Shown: in pieces, positions 24,488 to 36,677 of the stretch
Layout of the letters: every line of letters begins with the position of its first letter
Position numbering within the stretch: position 1 is the stretch's first letter
From: Macrostomum lignano
Lineage: Eukaryota
Length of the DNA stretch: 64,000 nt
Assembly: GCA_002269645.1 (NCBI GenBank)
Contig: NIVC01001980.1
Span: forward strand, 147,677 to 211,676
Reading direction: 5' to 3'
The notes under the pieces: model-generated
What the model was told of the DNA's origin: nothing
The model's input: only the letters and a program-made list of their open reading frames with translations
Databases searched by the model: none
Position numbers and translations under genes: made by a program

Positions 24488-26123
24488 CAGGGTGTCCAGA
24501 ACCTGGAAAAAACCACAGAACTTACACAGAATGCTCAATTAGCGATTTAATGAAATTAAACTGCGTAGAAATAGATATGCGTACAAACTACTAATCCGGT
24601 GAAGAAAAATAAGTAGCCATAGATTATTTCTCAAGTGTGTAGCACAAGACCGCCTGATTTATTAAGTCAGTAACCAGAAACCATGCAGCAATTGAAATGT
24701 AAAACGTGAAACGTAAAAACCAGTTAAACTGGAGCACAAAAAGTTTTGAAGTGATATACTGGCAGTCATTCCGCAAATTTTTGTTTTCTTTTGAGTTTGA
24801 GTCTAGGATAGATGTAACTCTTCTAAGACACAGGCTCTTGGCTTTGGAGGCGAGCGGGTCTTCTGCTCCTGAGCCGTGTCTTTATACAGCTTCAGTGTTG
24901 GATGCGCATTCCAGACAAGTCGACTGTGCGGCTCATGACGGTCTTTCAGGCACATATACATGTGATCAGCAAAGTGCTGACTGCACACCACTGCAATCGC
25001 CCATTTGTGCTCATACTTCTTCCCCAGAAGGTCAGCACGGAAGATGCAACGAGCCCAGTCTTCACACCTAAAGCGTAAAATTCAACATAAATCGTACACA
25101 AGTTTTCATGCAAATAATATTAGTCACGATTCGACTAAGCTTACCGGGCATGGTTTGAAGGAAAGCTGTGAAACCTGGTTTCTGGTGGACAACGATAGGA
25201 ATAATTTGGACAGCCATAGGCAGCACACTGTTTTCGCGATTTTGCAGAAGACATACTTCACTGCAGCAAAACCAAACATCCAAATTCTTTGTGAAAAGAC
25301 AATGCTGCTGCAAGTAATTCTATTAAATGAATATATCTTGTGCTACACACTTGAGTAATAGTCTATGGCTACTTATGTTTTTTCACCAGATTAGTAGTTT
25401 GTATGCATATCTATTTCTACGCAGTTTAATTTCATTAAATCGCTGATTGAGCATTCTGTGTAAGTTCTATGGGAAAAAACTGTAAATGCAAAAAACCTGG
25501 AAACGCCCCCAAAATAGAAGAAAAAACATGGAAATAGACCAATGTGGGAAGGGAAACCTGGAATTGGTTTTTGCAACGTACACAGGTAAGGAGGGTAAGA
25601 TTGAAAACAATTGATTACAACTTGGCTTTAACAACATACATAGGTATAGTAGGTAGGAGAGAGAATTATAGATTGAGAATGAAAGTTAAACCAAATGTAC
25701 ACAATTCTTGTCCAGTGGTCAAAAGGCAGAATCAGGGGCGGTAGCTAGCTTAGGTAATTGAATGTCAAGCTAAGTGTACACAGCGTGCTAATAAAATCGT
25801 TCTAATCGTTCTAATAAAATCCTGACGATGCACCATGGCGTGCGAAACGCGTTGAAGTTGTTAGAAATTGTAATCATATTCAAATGTTGATATTAAGCTT
25901 TCTATTTATAGCAAAAGTCTTTTATTTTATACTTTTAATTTTGTTCTTCAGTTAGTATAATACAAGAAATAAATAATCTAAATAATCTATGAAATATATA
26001 GTATATAGTTCGTAGTAGGAAACACTAAATCAAGAAACATTGCTGCATACATACCTGGAGCTTTACTTATTTGAACTTGGAAAAAACCTGGAAATTGATA
26101 TTGAATTTCGCGTGGACACCCTG
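24488..26123 (-). mobile_element. TIR DNA transposon derivative (P-element-like) encoding a THAP-only protein
   Basis: 11-bp TIR CAGGGTGTCCA / TGGACACCCTG, subterminal AACCTGGAAA motifs and an internal THAP ORF. No convincing TSD (ATATTAAT vs ATAATAGA). Confidence 0.65.
24803..25254 (-). CDS. THAP (C2CH zinc-finger) domain protein, 124 aa, 2 exons: 25254-25145 and 25067-24803
   Basis: MSSAKSRKQCAAYGCPNYSYRCPPETRFHSFPSNHAR|CEDWARCIFRADLL...VVCSQHFADH...LVWNAHPTL. All C2CH ligands are present plus the conserved FP, W and AVPT-like box. The 77-nt intron runs GTAAG...TTTAG and the frame is intact. Confidence 0.85.
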
Positions 26124-26706
26124 ATAATAGATCCTAGCATTATTGAAAAGGTAGTACAAATTTGATTCTTTTGTCCTCATTTTGTTCGAAACTGCAAGTA
26201 GCATCTTACCTAATTCCTTGCCTATTTCTTAGGAGTGTGCCTTAGTTTAACATTTTGAAAGGATTTTACTAGATCCACCAGTTTCTATTTATCAATCAGT
26301 TCCAATGCAATGGCAATCGTTTACTTTTTAGTTTTATCAAGTCTACTAAAGTTTACTTTTTATTCAGAGAATAGAGAGATTTATTCAATAGGAATTCTTT
26401 ATAAAAATTTGCCATAAAGTCTGTGTTCATAACAAGTTTCTATTTATTTTTAGTGTTAGGTTCAAAATTTGGATATTGACTATTGTTATTGTTATATTTG
26501 TCATCCAAATATTGAAAATATCTTATGATATTTCTGTAAAAATATTTATTATTACTACAATTATATCTATGTTATTTTAGATTTGTTCTGAATAATTTGT
26601 TATATCATGACATAGAAAGTTTTCTTGATTGTTTTTGAAAAAGTGATGCATAAGACAAAGATATTTAAATTTCAGATATCAATAGTTAAGCATAGCTGCT
26701 TATAAG

Positions 26707-27647
26707 TAGGGATTCCAATCCCGGGATCCCGGGATCCCGGGATCCTGGGATTGGGGCCAAAAATCCGGGATTTGAATCCCGGGATTTTTTTGGGAATCGA
26801 ATCCCGGGATTTTTAATCCCGGGATTGCAAAAGACCAGGATCGGGATCCCGGGATTTCAAGGCCTTAATCCCGGGATTGGTCCGGGATTAGAACGACCTT
26901 TCAATGCCTAAATTAGATAATTTAAAGTCTAAACGTTTATTTGAATAATAAAACATTTATTTGTTTTTGCTGTTTCTCAATGAAACGTTAAACATTTGCA
27001 AAGCTCCTGTCCTAATTGAGCTAAAAATTGTTAATGTGAACTGTAAATTATAGATAATTTTAACTTTTTTTTCGTTTTCTACCACGAGACGAGACTGAGG
27101 GCCTTTTCATATTGCTTGCTCTGGTTCCAGAACAAGAACCAATTTGTGAAGTATAAACTTTTTGTCTCCATAACTAGAGGGAGATATGTGCTATAAAGTT
27201 TTTATTATTGAATGACAGTCGCCAAGAAGAAAGTGAAAAATTGTGCTAAGTGAGGCTGTTAAGGCAGTCAAATATTAACAGAGTTTAATAGTTATACTGC
27301 TGTTTTTCTTCGAATTCCGAACCGATTCTGGTTCTGGAATTGGTAATATGAAAAGGCCCTGAGACTCTGAGAGTCGCGAGACCATGACTACTGCACGCGG
27401 CACGCCGCACAGTCCGTCTAGCAATTTAGGGATTCCAATCCCGGGATCCCGGGATCCCGGGATTGGGGCCAAAAATCCGGGATTTGAATCCCGGGATTTT
27501 TTTGGGAATCGAATCCCGGGATTTTTAATCCCGGGATTGCAAAAGCACCGGGATTCCGGGATTTTGAATCCCGGGATTTCAACAGCATCGGGATTTCGGG
27601 ACTATTCAATCCCGGGATTGTAAAATGTCGGGATTTTGGAATCCCTA
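26707..27647. mobile_element. Non-autonomous hAT-like composite element
   Basis: TIRs TAGGGATTCCAA / TTGGAATCCCTA with an 8-bp TSD CTTATAAG on both sides. It contains many ATCCCGGGAT palindromes and an internal second left end at 27427. Confidence 0.85.
27099..27359. mobile_element. PIF/Harbinger-like MITE (261 bp) nested in the hAT-like element
   Basis: TIR GGGCCTTTTCATATT / AATATGAAAAGGCCC with a 3-bp TSD TGA/TGA. Confidence 0.8.
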
Positions 27648-28688
27648 CTTATAAGTTATATCTAACGAGTTCATCACAGACATTAGAAGTGTGACGTTGC
27701 TAGTTTAAGGTGGTCCCGCAAAAAGGCCGTTGGACTTTAGTTTCCCTTGCAATTTCTCATTTAAATTTCTCCAATAGTTTATTTTAACGTTTACTTGTAG
27801 TAGCGTGCAAATAATCTGTATCAATGGCTAATTCACTGTGTATTTGGTAGGCCTTGCGTTCGTCTGTAAATTTTAGCACGATCGATAATTTCAAGCTCTC
27901 TCGCCAGCCAATGAAAACTCTCCGCGTTTTATGCTAACCCTTCTGCGCTCTTTATTAACCCCCGCCTGGCGGCGGGCTGGGGGCCTCCTCACTTCTGGCT
28001 TCGGGCGTCTGGCTCTCGTTTTCCTTCTCTCTCTCCTGGCTGCCTCGAGCCTCCTTATCTCTCGCCACGGCTCCTCTGTCTGGGCCAGCCTGTTTACACT
28101 CTGTACTCCACTGTGTACTGCCACGGCTAACGCCACTCTCACCGCTACTTATCTGCCTGTCTACTTACTACTCACTGCCTCCACTGTGCTCATCGACATC
28201 ACTCACTACGTTGCGTCGCCATTGTATCCTTCGCCTGCTACTCGACTTCATATTCTAATCACTTCAAAACCATTGTTGCAGCCGCCAGTGCCCAGAACAC
28301 TATAAGTTTTGTATTGATATTGACCAGTCTAATATTGATCTCGACAATAAATTAGCTTAACATTAAATTAGTTTCCTGCCCTTATACGCCAAGTGCTCCG
28401 CTACACAATCCGCTTTGTAATTGTAAGAATTGGCTTTAAGTCATTTTGGGACTACAACAACTTACGACAATTCTCGTCAAACGGCCCTTTTAAGGGTCAT
28501 AACCTCTACGCCAATAACGTGACAGAAGACTTGGGGGAGGTTTTTTGATCAATTATATAATTTTTATAGTTTTGTTAAGACTAATAGCTCGTATGCCAGA
28601 CTAGATGGATGTCAAAGTTTCGTTAGTACAATCCACAGAATATTCTGTGAGTACCATCTTTTTTCTAATGAGTCTTGTTTGAACTTAA

Positions 28689-28994
28689 ATGTTCCAGGCT
28701 GAAGTAGAAGAAACCTTCAAGCGCATCCTGGCGCACAAAGGCGTTGTTGGCGTCATCATTGTCAACTTTGATGGTATCCCGATTCGCAGCTCCTTTGCAG
28801 ACAGCAGCCTCACTGTGCAGTACTGCGCCCTCATCCAGCAGCTGGCGCACAAGTCCCGCTCAGCAATTCGCGACCTGGACCCCGGCAATGACCTCACCTT
28901 CCTGCGGATCAGATCGAAGAAGAATGAGATTATGGTGGCTCCAGACAAAGACTACCTGCTGGTTGTGGTGCAGGAGCCGTGCGACCAGCCCTGA
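28689..28994 (+). CDS. DYNLRB: Dynein light chain roadblock
   Basis: [31 protein letters not shown]...[34 protein letters not shown] is a full-length roadblock sequence. The start is ambiguous because TTCCAG|GCT at 28697/28698 may be a splice acceptor. Confidence 0.95.
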   Translation: MFQAEVEETFKRILAHKGVVGVIIVNFDGIPIRSSFADSSLTVQYCALIQQLAHKSRSAIRDLDPGNDLTFLRIRSKKNEIMVAPDKDYLLVVVQEPCDQP

Positions 28995-29884
28995 CTGGCT
29001 TGGAGAAGAATGGGCACTTCTGTCTGCAAGTTACTCTGCTTCCGCAATTTTCTTTGCACTTCAATAATTATAACCGCAAACAGAGACTCCCCTTTGGTGG
29101 GGGGGGGGTAGCACAGGGATTGACGTGCGTGACTTCGTGCCTGATTCCTTGTCTTGCCATGAGGGCCGATTGGCCAACCACTGAATGTGTACATGTCTGT
29201 TAATGAGAGAGTCAGGGCCGCTGTAGACCCTGTGTGAGCCTGTGTGGGCCTGACTGCTTGTCACGGGTTTGCTTCGGAAACTAGAAATTCAATTCCCAAG
29301 GCGCATGCAAGGACTCTGTGTCCCAATAAGCTACACTGTACACTGTTGTGCTTGCAATGTTGTCCGCAATTCATTTCTAACACCATTCGCCTTTGCCTCC
29401 ACATACTATTTATAGTATTTGTAGTTGTCTGTGTTCAAACTTTTTATTTATTTATACATTTCAAATTCCATTTAAATGTCAAATTTATTAATTATTTTAT
29501 TAGTTATACAAGTCCGTTTCTTATTTACTGTTGAAGCTTTTCAGCAGTTGGAAAAATCAAGTTTCAATTTAACATGGTCTGCGCACCATTTCTGTCTTTT
29601 CACAGATAAGTATATCGTCGCTTAGATTTAGCATGCTAAAAATCCATTAGTTGTAGTCAATTGATATTTGTCACAATTAATGCTACAATTTTGTAGGCCT
29701 TCATTTTGTGCAATATTACGGCGCACAAGTTGGTATTACCTGGCTTTGCCTTTTTTCAGCTTTCCACTGTACACAATATATATACTACTGCCTCGATTAT
29801 TGTTAAAATTGAATTAACCCGTTTCTCTAGCTGTCTGTCTTCTCTTTGTTTCTGATGTTAAAATAACAATTGGTGGTAAATAGG

Positions 29885-32800
29885 TTGCTAATCTAGCCAA
29901 TCTGATTAGGAATAGACTGGATTGCTAATCTAGCCAATCTGATTAGGAATAGACTGGATTGCTAATCTAGCCAATCTGATTAGGAATAGACTGGATTGCT
30001 AATCTAGCCAATCTGATTAGGAATAGACTGGGTTGCTAATCTAGCCAATCTGATTAGGAATAGACTGGATTGCTAATCTAGCCAATCTGATTAGGAATAG
30101 ACTGGATTGCTAATCTAGCCAATCTGATTAGGAATAGACTGGATTGCTAATCTAGCCAATCTGATTAGGAATAGACTGGATTGCTAATCTAGCCAATCTG
30201 ATTAGGAATAGACTGGATTGCTAATCTAGCCAATCTGATTAGGAATAGACTGGATTGCTAATCTAGCCAATCTGATTAGGAATAGACTGGATTGCTAATC
30301 TAGCCAATCTGATTAGGAATAGACTGGTTGCTAATCTAGCCAATCTGATTAGGAATAGACTGGATTGCTAATCTAGCCAATCTGATTAGGAATAGACTGG
30401 GTTGCTAATCTAGCCAATCTGATTAGGAATAGACTGGATTGCTAATCTAGCCAATCTGATTAGGAATAGACTGGATTGCTAATCTAGCCAATCTGATTAG
30501 GAATAGACTGGATTGCTAATCTAGCCAATCTGATTAGGAATAGACTGGGTTGCTAATCTAGCCAATCTGATTAGGAATAGACTGGATTGCTAATCTAGCC
30601 AATCTGATTAGGAATAGACTGGATTGCTAATCTAGCCAATCTGATTAGGAATAGACTGGATTGCTAATCTAGCCAATCTGATTAGGAATAGACTGGATTG
30701 CTAATCTAGCCAATCTGATTAGGAATAGACTGGATTGCTAATCTAGCCAATCTGATTAGGAATAGACTGGATTGCTAATCTAGCCAATCTGATTAGGAAT
30801 AGACTGGTTGCTAATCTAGCCAATCTGATTAGGAATAGACTGGATTGCTAATCTAGCCAATCTGATTAGGAATAGACTGGGTTGCTAATCTAGCCAATCT
30901 GATTAGGAATAGACTGGATTGTTAATCTAGCCAATCTGATTAGGAATAGACTGGATTGCTAATCTAGCCAATCTGATTAGGAATAGACTGGATTGCTAAT
31001 CTAGCCAATCTGATTAGGAATAGACTGGATTGCTAATCTAGCCAATCTGATTAGGAATAGACTGGATTGCTAATCTAGCCAATCTGATTAGGAATAGACT
31101 GGATTGCTAATCTAGCCAATCTGATTAGGAATAGACTGGGTTGCTAATCTAGCCAATCTGATTAGGAATAGACTGGATTGCTAATCTAGCCAATCTGATT
31201 AGGAATAGACTGGATTGCTAATCTAGCCAATCTGATTAGGAATAGACTGGATTGCTAATCTAGCCAATCTGATTAGGAATAGACTGGATTGCTAATCTAG
31301 CCAATCTGATTAGGAATAGACTGGATTGCTAATCTAGCCAATCTGATTAGGAATAGACTGGATTGCTAATCTAGCCAATCTGATTAGGAATAGACTGGAT
31401 TGCTAATCTAGCCAATCTGATTAGGAATAGACTGGATTGCTAATCTAGCCAATCTGATTAGGAATAGACTGGATTGCTAATCTAGCCAATCTGATTAGGA
31501 ATAGACTGGATTGCTAATCTAGCCAATCTGATTAGGAATAGACTGGATTGCTAATCTAGCCAATCTGATTAGGAATAGACTGGATTGCTAATCTAGCCAA
31601 TCTGATTAGGAATAGACTGGATTGCTAATCTAGCCAATCTGATTAGGAATAGACTGGATTGCTAATCTAGCCAATCTGATTAGGAATAGACTGGATTGCT
31701 AATCTAGCCAATCTGATTAGGAATAGACTGGATTGCTAATCTAGCCAATCTGATTAGGAATAGACTGGATTGCTAATCTAGCCAATCTGATTAGGAATAG
31801 ACTGGATTGCTAATCTAGCCAATCTGATTAGGAATAGACTGGATTGCTAATCTAGCCAATCTGATTAGGAATAGACTGGATTGCTAATCTAGCCAATCTG
31901 ATTAGGAATAGACTGGGTTGCTAATCTAGCCAATCTGATTAGGAATAGACTGGATTGCTAATCTAGCCAATCTGATTAGGAATAGACTGGATTGCTAATC
32001 TAGCCAATCTGATTAGGAATAGACTGGATTGCTAATCTAGCCAATCTGATTAGGAATAGACTGGATTGCTAATCTAGCCAATCTGATTAGGAATAGACTG
32101 GATTGCTAATCTAGCCAATCTGATTAGGAATAGACTGGTTGCTAATCTAGCCAATCTGATTAGGAATAGACTGGGTTGCTAATCTAGCCAATCTGATTAG
32201 GAATAGACTGGATTGCTAATCTAGCCAATCTGATTAGGAATAGACTGGATTGCTAATCTAGCCAATCTGATTAGGAATAGACTGGATTGCTAATCTAGCC
32301 AATCTGATTAGGAATAGACTGGATTGCTAATCTAGCCAATCTGATTAGGAATAGACTGGATTGCTAATCTAGCCAATCTGATTAGGAATAGACTGGATTG
32401 CTAATCTAGCCAATCTGATTAGGAATAGACTGGATTGCTAATCTAGCCAATCTGATTAGGAATAGACTGGATTGCTAATCTAGCCAATCTGATTAGGAAT
32501 AGACTGGGTTGCTAATCTAGCCAATCTGATTAGGAATAGACTGGTTGCTAATCTAGCCAATCTGATTAGGAATAGACTGGATTGCTAATCTAGCCAATCT
32601 GATTAGGAATAGACTGGATTGCTAATCTAGCCAATCTGATTAGGAATAGACTGGATTGCTAATCTAGCCAATCTGATTAGGAATAGACTGGTTGCTAATC
32701 TAGCCAATCTGATTAGGAATAGACTGGATTGCTAATCTAGCCAATCTGATTAGGAATAGACTGGGTTGCTAATCTAGCCAATCTGATTAGGAATAGACTG

Positions 32801-34304
32801 GGTTGCTAATCTAGCCAATCTGATTAGGAATAGACTGGGTTGCTAATCTAGCCAATCTGATTAGGAATAGACTGGATTGCTAATCTAGCCAATCTGATTA
32901 GGAATAGACTGGATTGCTAATCTAGCCAATCTGATTAGGAATAGACTGGATTGCTAATCTAGCCAATCTGATTAGGAATAGACTGGATTGCTAATCTAGC
33001 CAATCTGATTAGGAATAGACTGGATTGCTAATCTAGCCAATCTGATTAGGAATAGACTGGATTGCTAATCTAGCCAATCTGATTAGGAATAGACTGGATT
33101 GCTAATCTAGCCAATCTGATTAGGAATAGACTGGATTGCTAATCTAGCCAATCTGATTAGGAATAGACTGGATTGCTAATCTAGCCAATCTGATTAGGAA
33201 TAGACTGGATTGCTAATCTAGCCAATCTGATTAGGAATAGACTGGATTGCTAATCTAGCCAATCTGATTAGGAATAGACTGGATTGCTAATCTAGCCAAT
33301 CTGATTAGGAATAGACTGGATTGCTAATCTAGCCAATCTGATTAGGAATAGACTGGATTGCTAATCTAGCCAATCTGATTAGGAATAGACTGGATTGCTA
33401 ATCTAGCCAATCTGATTAGGAATAGACTGGATTGCTAATCTAGCCAATCTGATTAGGAATAGACTGGATTGCTAATCTAGCCAATCTGATTAGGAATAGA
33501 CTGGATTGCTAATCTAGCCAATCTGATTAGGAATAGACTGGATTGCTAATCTAGCCAATCTGATTAGGAATAGACTGGATTGCTAATCTAGCCAATCTGA
33601 TTAGGAATAGACTGGATTGCTAATCTAGCCAATCTGATTAGGAATAGACTGGATTGCTAATCTAGCCAATCTGATTAGGAATAGACTGGATTGCTAATCT
33701 AGCCAATCTGATTAGGAATAGACTGGATTGCTAATCTAGCCAATCTGATTAGGAATAGACTGGATTGCTAATCTAGCCAATCTGATTAGGAATAGACTGG
33801 ATTGCTAATCTAGCCAATCTGATTAGGAATAGACTGGATTGCTAATCTAGCCAATCTGATTAGGAATAGACTGGATTGCTAATCTAGCCAATCTGATTAG
33901 GAATAGACTGGATTGCTAATCTAGCCAATCTGATTAGGAATAGACTGGATTGCTAATCTAGCCAATCTGATTAGGAATAGACTGGATTGCTAATCTAGCC
34001 AATCTGATTAGGAATAGACTGGATTGCTAATCTAGCCAATCTGATTAGGAATAGACTGGATTGCTAATCTAGCCAATCTGATTAGGAATAGACTGGATTG
34101 CTAATCTAGCCAATCTGATTAGGAATAGACTGGATTGCTAATCTAGCCAATCTGATTAGGAATAGACTGGATTGCTAATCTAGCCAATCTGATTAGGAAT
34201 AGACTGGATTGCTAATCTAGCCAATCTGATTAGGAATAGACTGGATTGCTAATCTAGCCAATCTGATTAGGAATAGACTGGATTGCTAATCTAGCCAATC
34301 TGAT
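29885..34304. repeat. Homogeneous 37-bp satellite, ~119 copies (GATTGCTAATCTAGCCAATCTGATTAGGAATAGACTG)
   Basis: Directly visible. Variants are almost confined to one position (GGA/GGG/GG). There are no unique spacers, so it is not CRISPR. Confidence 0.98.
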
Positions 34305-34759
34305 GCTTAATGCTTTGAATATAATTGTTAATTTGCAAAGCGACTGGCGTACTTTTAGGAGTTCCTTGAAATGTATTTAAAAATAGGACGCTAATGACAG
34401 AGTTAGTGGAATGAAATAGCCAAAGGTTGATAGCATTATTAAATGTTTTGGATAAGTACATTAAAATGTCAATAGATGTTTTGCAAACAATTGTGGTACG
34501 CAAAGCTTACGGAATGCAAACTTTACTTGAATGTTTAAATACGATCTATATCGATTGTACATGCCTCAACTGATTGGGCCTGATGTGCAGAAATAAAAAC
34601 GCGACTATGCATATTTGGAATAAATGTAATTAAAAATTGCTTTGTTACAATGTAAATGATCGGTCAACAAAAACTTTTAAAAGAAAATTTGACCGCTAAG
34701 TGAATAACATTTTAAACATACATGTACACCTCATGAGAAGCCTAGAGTTCAGTGGGGTA

Positions 34760-35065
34760 GACCTTCGGCTCCTGTCTGTTCCTTCAGTGGGTCACCTTCA
34801 GCTCCTGTCTGTTCCTTCAGTGGGTCACCTTCAGCTCCTGTCTGTTCCTTCAGTGGGTCACCTTCAGCTCCTGTCTGTTCCTTCAGTGGGTCACCTTCAG
34901 CTCCTGTCTGTTCCTTCAGTGGGTCACCTTCAGCTCCTGTCTGTTCCTTCAGTGGGTCACCTTCAGCTCCTGTCTGTTCCTTCAGTGGGTCACCTTCAGC
35001 TGTTGTTTGTTCCTTTACCTTTAGCTCCTGCCTGTTCCTTCAGTGGGTCACCTTCAGCTGCTATA
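34760..35065. repeat. 33-bp tandem repeat (CACCTTCAGCTCCTGTCTGTTCCTTCAGTGGGT)n
   Basis: About 8-9 copies. Confidence 0.93.
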
Positions 35066-35574
35066 CCCTAATCTGTTATCGATTTTTCTCTGTTTTTACG
35101 AATATATACATGCAGAACTTAAAAGCATGCAAATGTTTCAAGCCAATAAAATAACGAACTGAAACGACCTTGAAATGAGAAGATGAAGTTATATAATTTT
35201 ATGCCGACATGCCAGTCTGCAGAGTAGCAGTGACCTAGAATATTGGACTCCAATCGTTGGATTACGCGATGGAGACTGTTGAATCAGATGGCCAGCACTG
35301 TCTGCGAGGCGAGCAGGCGGCCCTCTGCGCTGACGGGATGCAGCGGCACTGGCGAACCAACGGCGGGTGCCGTCTGCGGCTGCTGCGAGTGTGACGGATA
35401 AGTATACAGGATGATCGGAGTTCCATTTCAATTTGACGCAGGTGCTTTCATACAAAACGAAAATTTCTGTCATAGTACAAAACAGCTTAATCTAACCGAA
35501 CATGAACAACTGTGAATGTGACGTAAAAGTACATTCAATTTTAAGAGCACAGAATTAAACAAATTGCTTTAAAT

Positions 35575-36655
35575 TAAACAAACGAACAAATTCAAACAAA
35601 CTGCAACAGATTAAAACAAACAAACTGCAACAAATTAAAGCAAACAAACTTCAACAGATTAAAACAAACAAACTGCAACAGATTAAAACAAACAAACTTC
35701 AACAGATTAAAACAAACAAACTGCAACAGATTAAAACAAACAAACTGCAACAAATTAAAACAAACAAACTTCAACAGATTAAAACAAACAAACTGCAACA
35801 GATTAAAACAAACAAACTTCAACAGATTAAAACAAACAAACTGCAACAGATTAAAACAAACAAACTTCAACAGATTAAAACAAACAAACTTCAACAGATT
35901 AAAACAAACAAACTGCAACAGATTAAAACAAACAAACTGCAACAGATTAAAACAAACAAACTTCAACAGATTAAAACAAACAAACTGCAACAGATTAAAA
36001 CAAACAAACTGCAACAGATTAAAACAAACAAACTTCAACAGATTAAAACAAACAAACTGCAACAGATTAAAACAAACAAACTTCAACAGATTAAAACAAA
36101 CAAACTGCAACAGATTAAAACAAACAAACTGCAACAGATTAAAACAAACAAACTTCAACAGATTAAAACAAACAAACTGCAACAGATTAAAACAAACAAA
36201 CTGCAACAGATTAAAACAAACAAACTTCAACAGATTAAAACAAACAAACTTCAACAGATTAAAACAAACAAACTGCAACAGATTAAAACAAACAAACTGC
36301 AACAGATTAAAACAAACAAACTTCAACAGATTAAAACAAACAAACTGCAACAGATTAAAACAAACAAACTGCAACAGATTAAAACAAACAAACTGCAACA
36401 GATTAAAACAAACAAACTTCAACAGATTAAAACAAACAAACTGCAACAGATTAAAACAAACAAACTGCAACAGATTAAAACAAACAAACTTCAACAGATT
36501 AAAACAAACAAACTGCAACAGATTAAAACAAACAAACTGCAACAGATTAAAACAAACAAACTGCAACAGATTAAAACAAACAAACTGCAACAGATTAAAA
36601 CAAACAAACTGCAACAGATTAAAACAAGCTGAAACAGATTAAAACAAGCTGAAAC
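35575..36655. repeat. 27-bp A-rich tandem repeat (AACAAACAAACTGCAACAGATTAA-like)
   Basis: About 39 copies with two alternating variants (CTGC/CTTC). Confidence 0.95.
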
Positions 36656-36677
36656 AGAGTGTCAGAGCGCTACTCAC

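Noticed and set aside
27865-28299. Possible solo LTR on the minus strand (TG...CA with AATAAA)
   Set aside because: No matching TSD and no second copy in the window. The ORFs 27891-28305 are low-complexity.
29885-34304. 37-bp repeats of CRISPR-like length
   Set aside because: The units are head-to-tail with no unique spacers, no cas genes are present, and the context is eukaryotic.
35189-35473. Stand-alone ORF
   Set aside because: It is more likely the unresolved last ESRP exon or 3' UTR. The frame could not be fixed from the splice signals.
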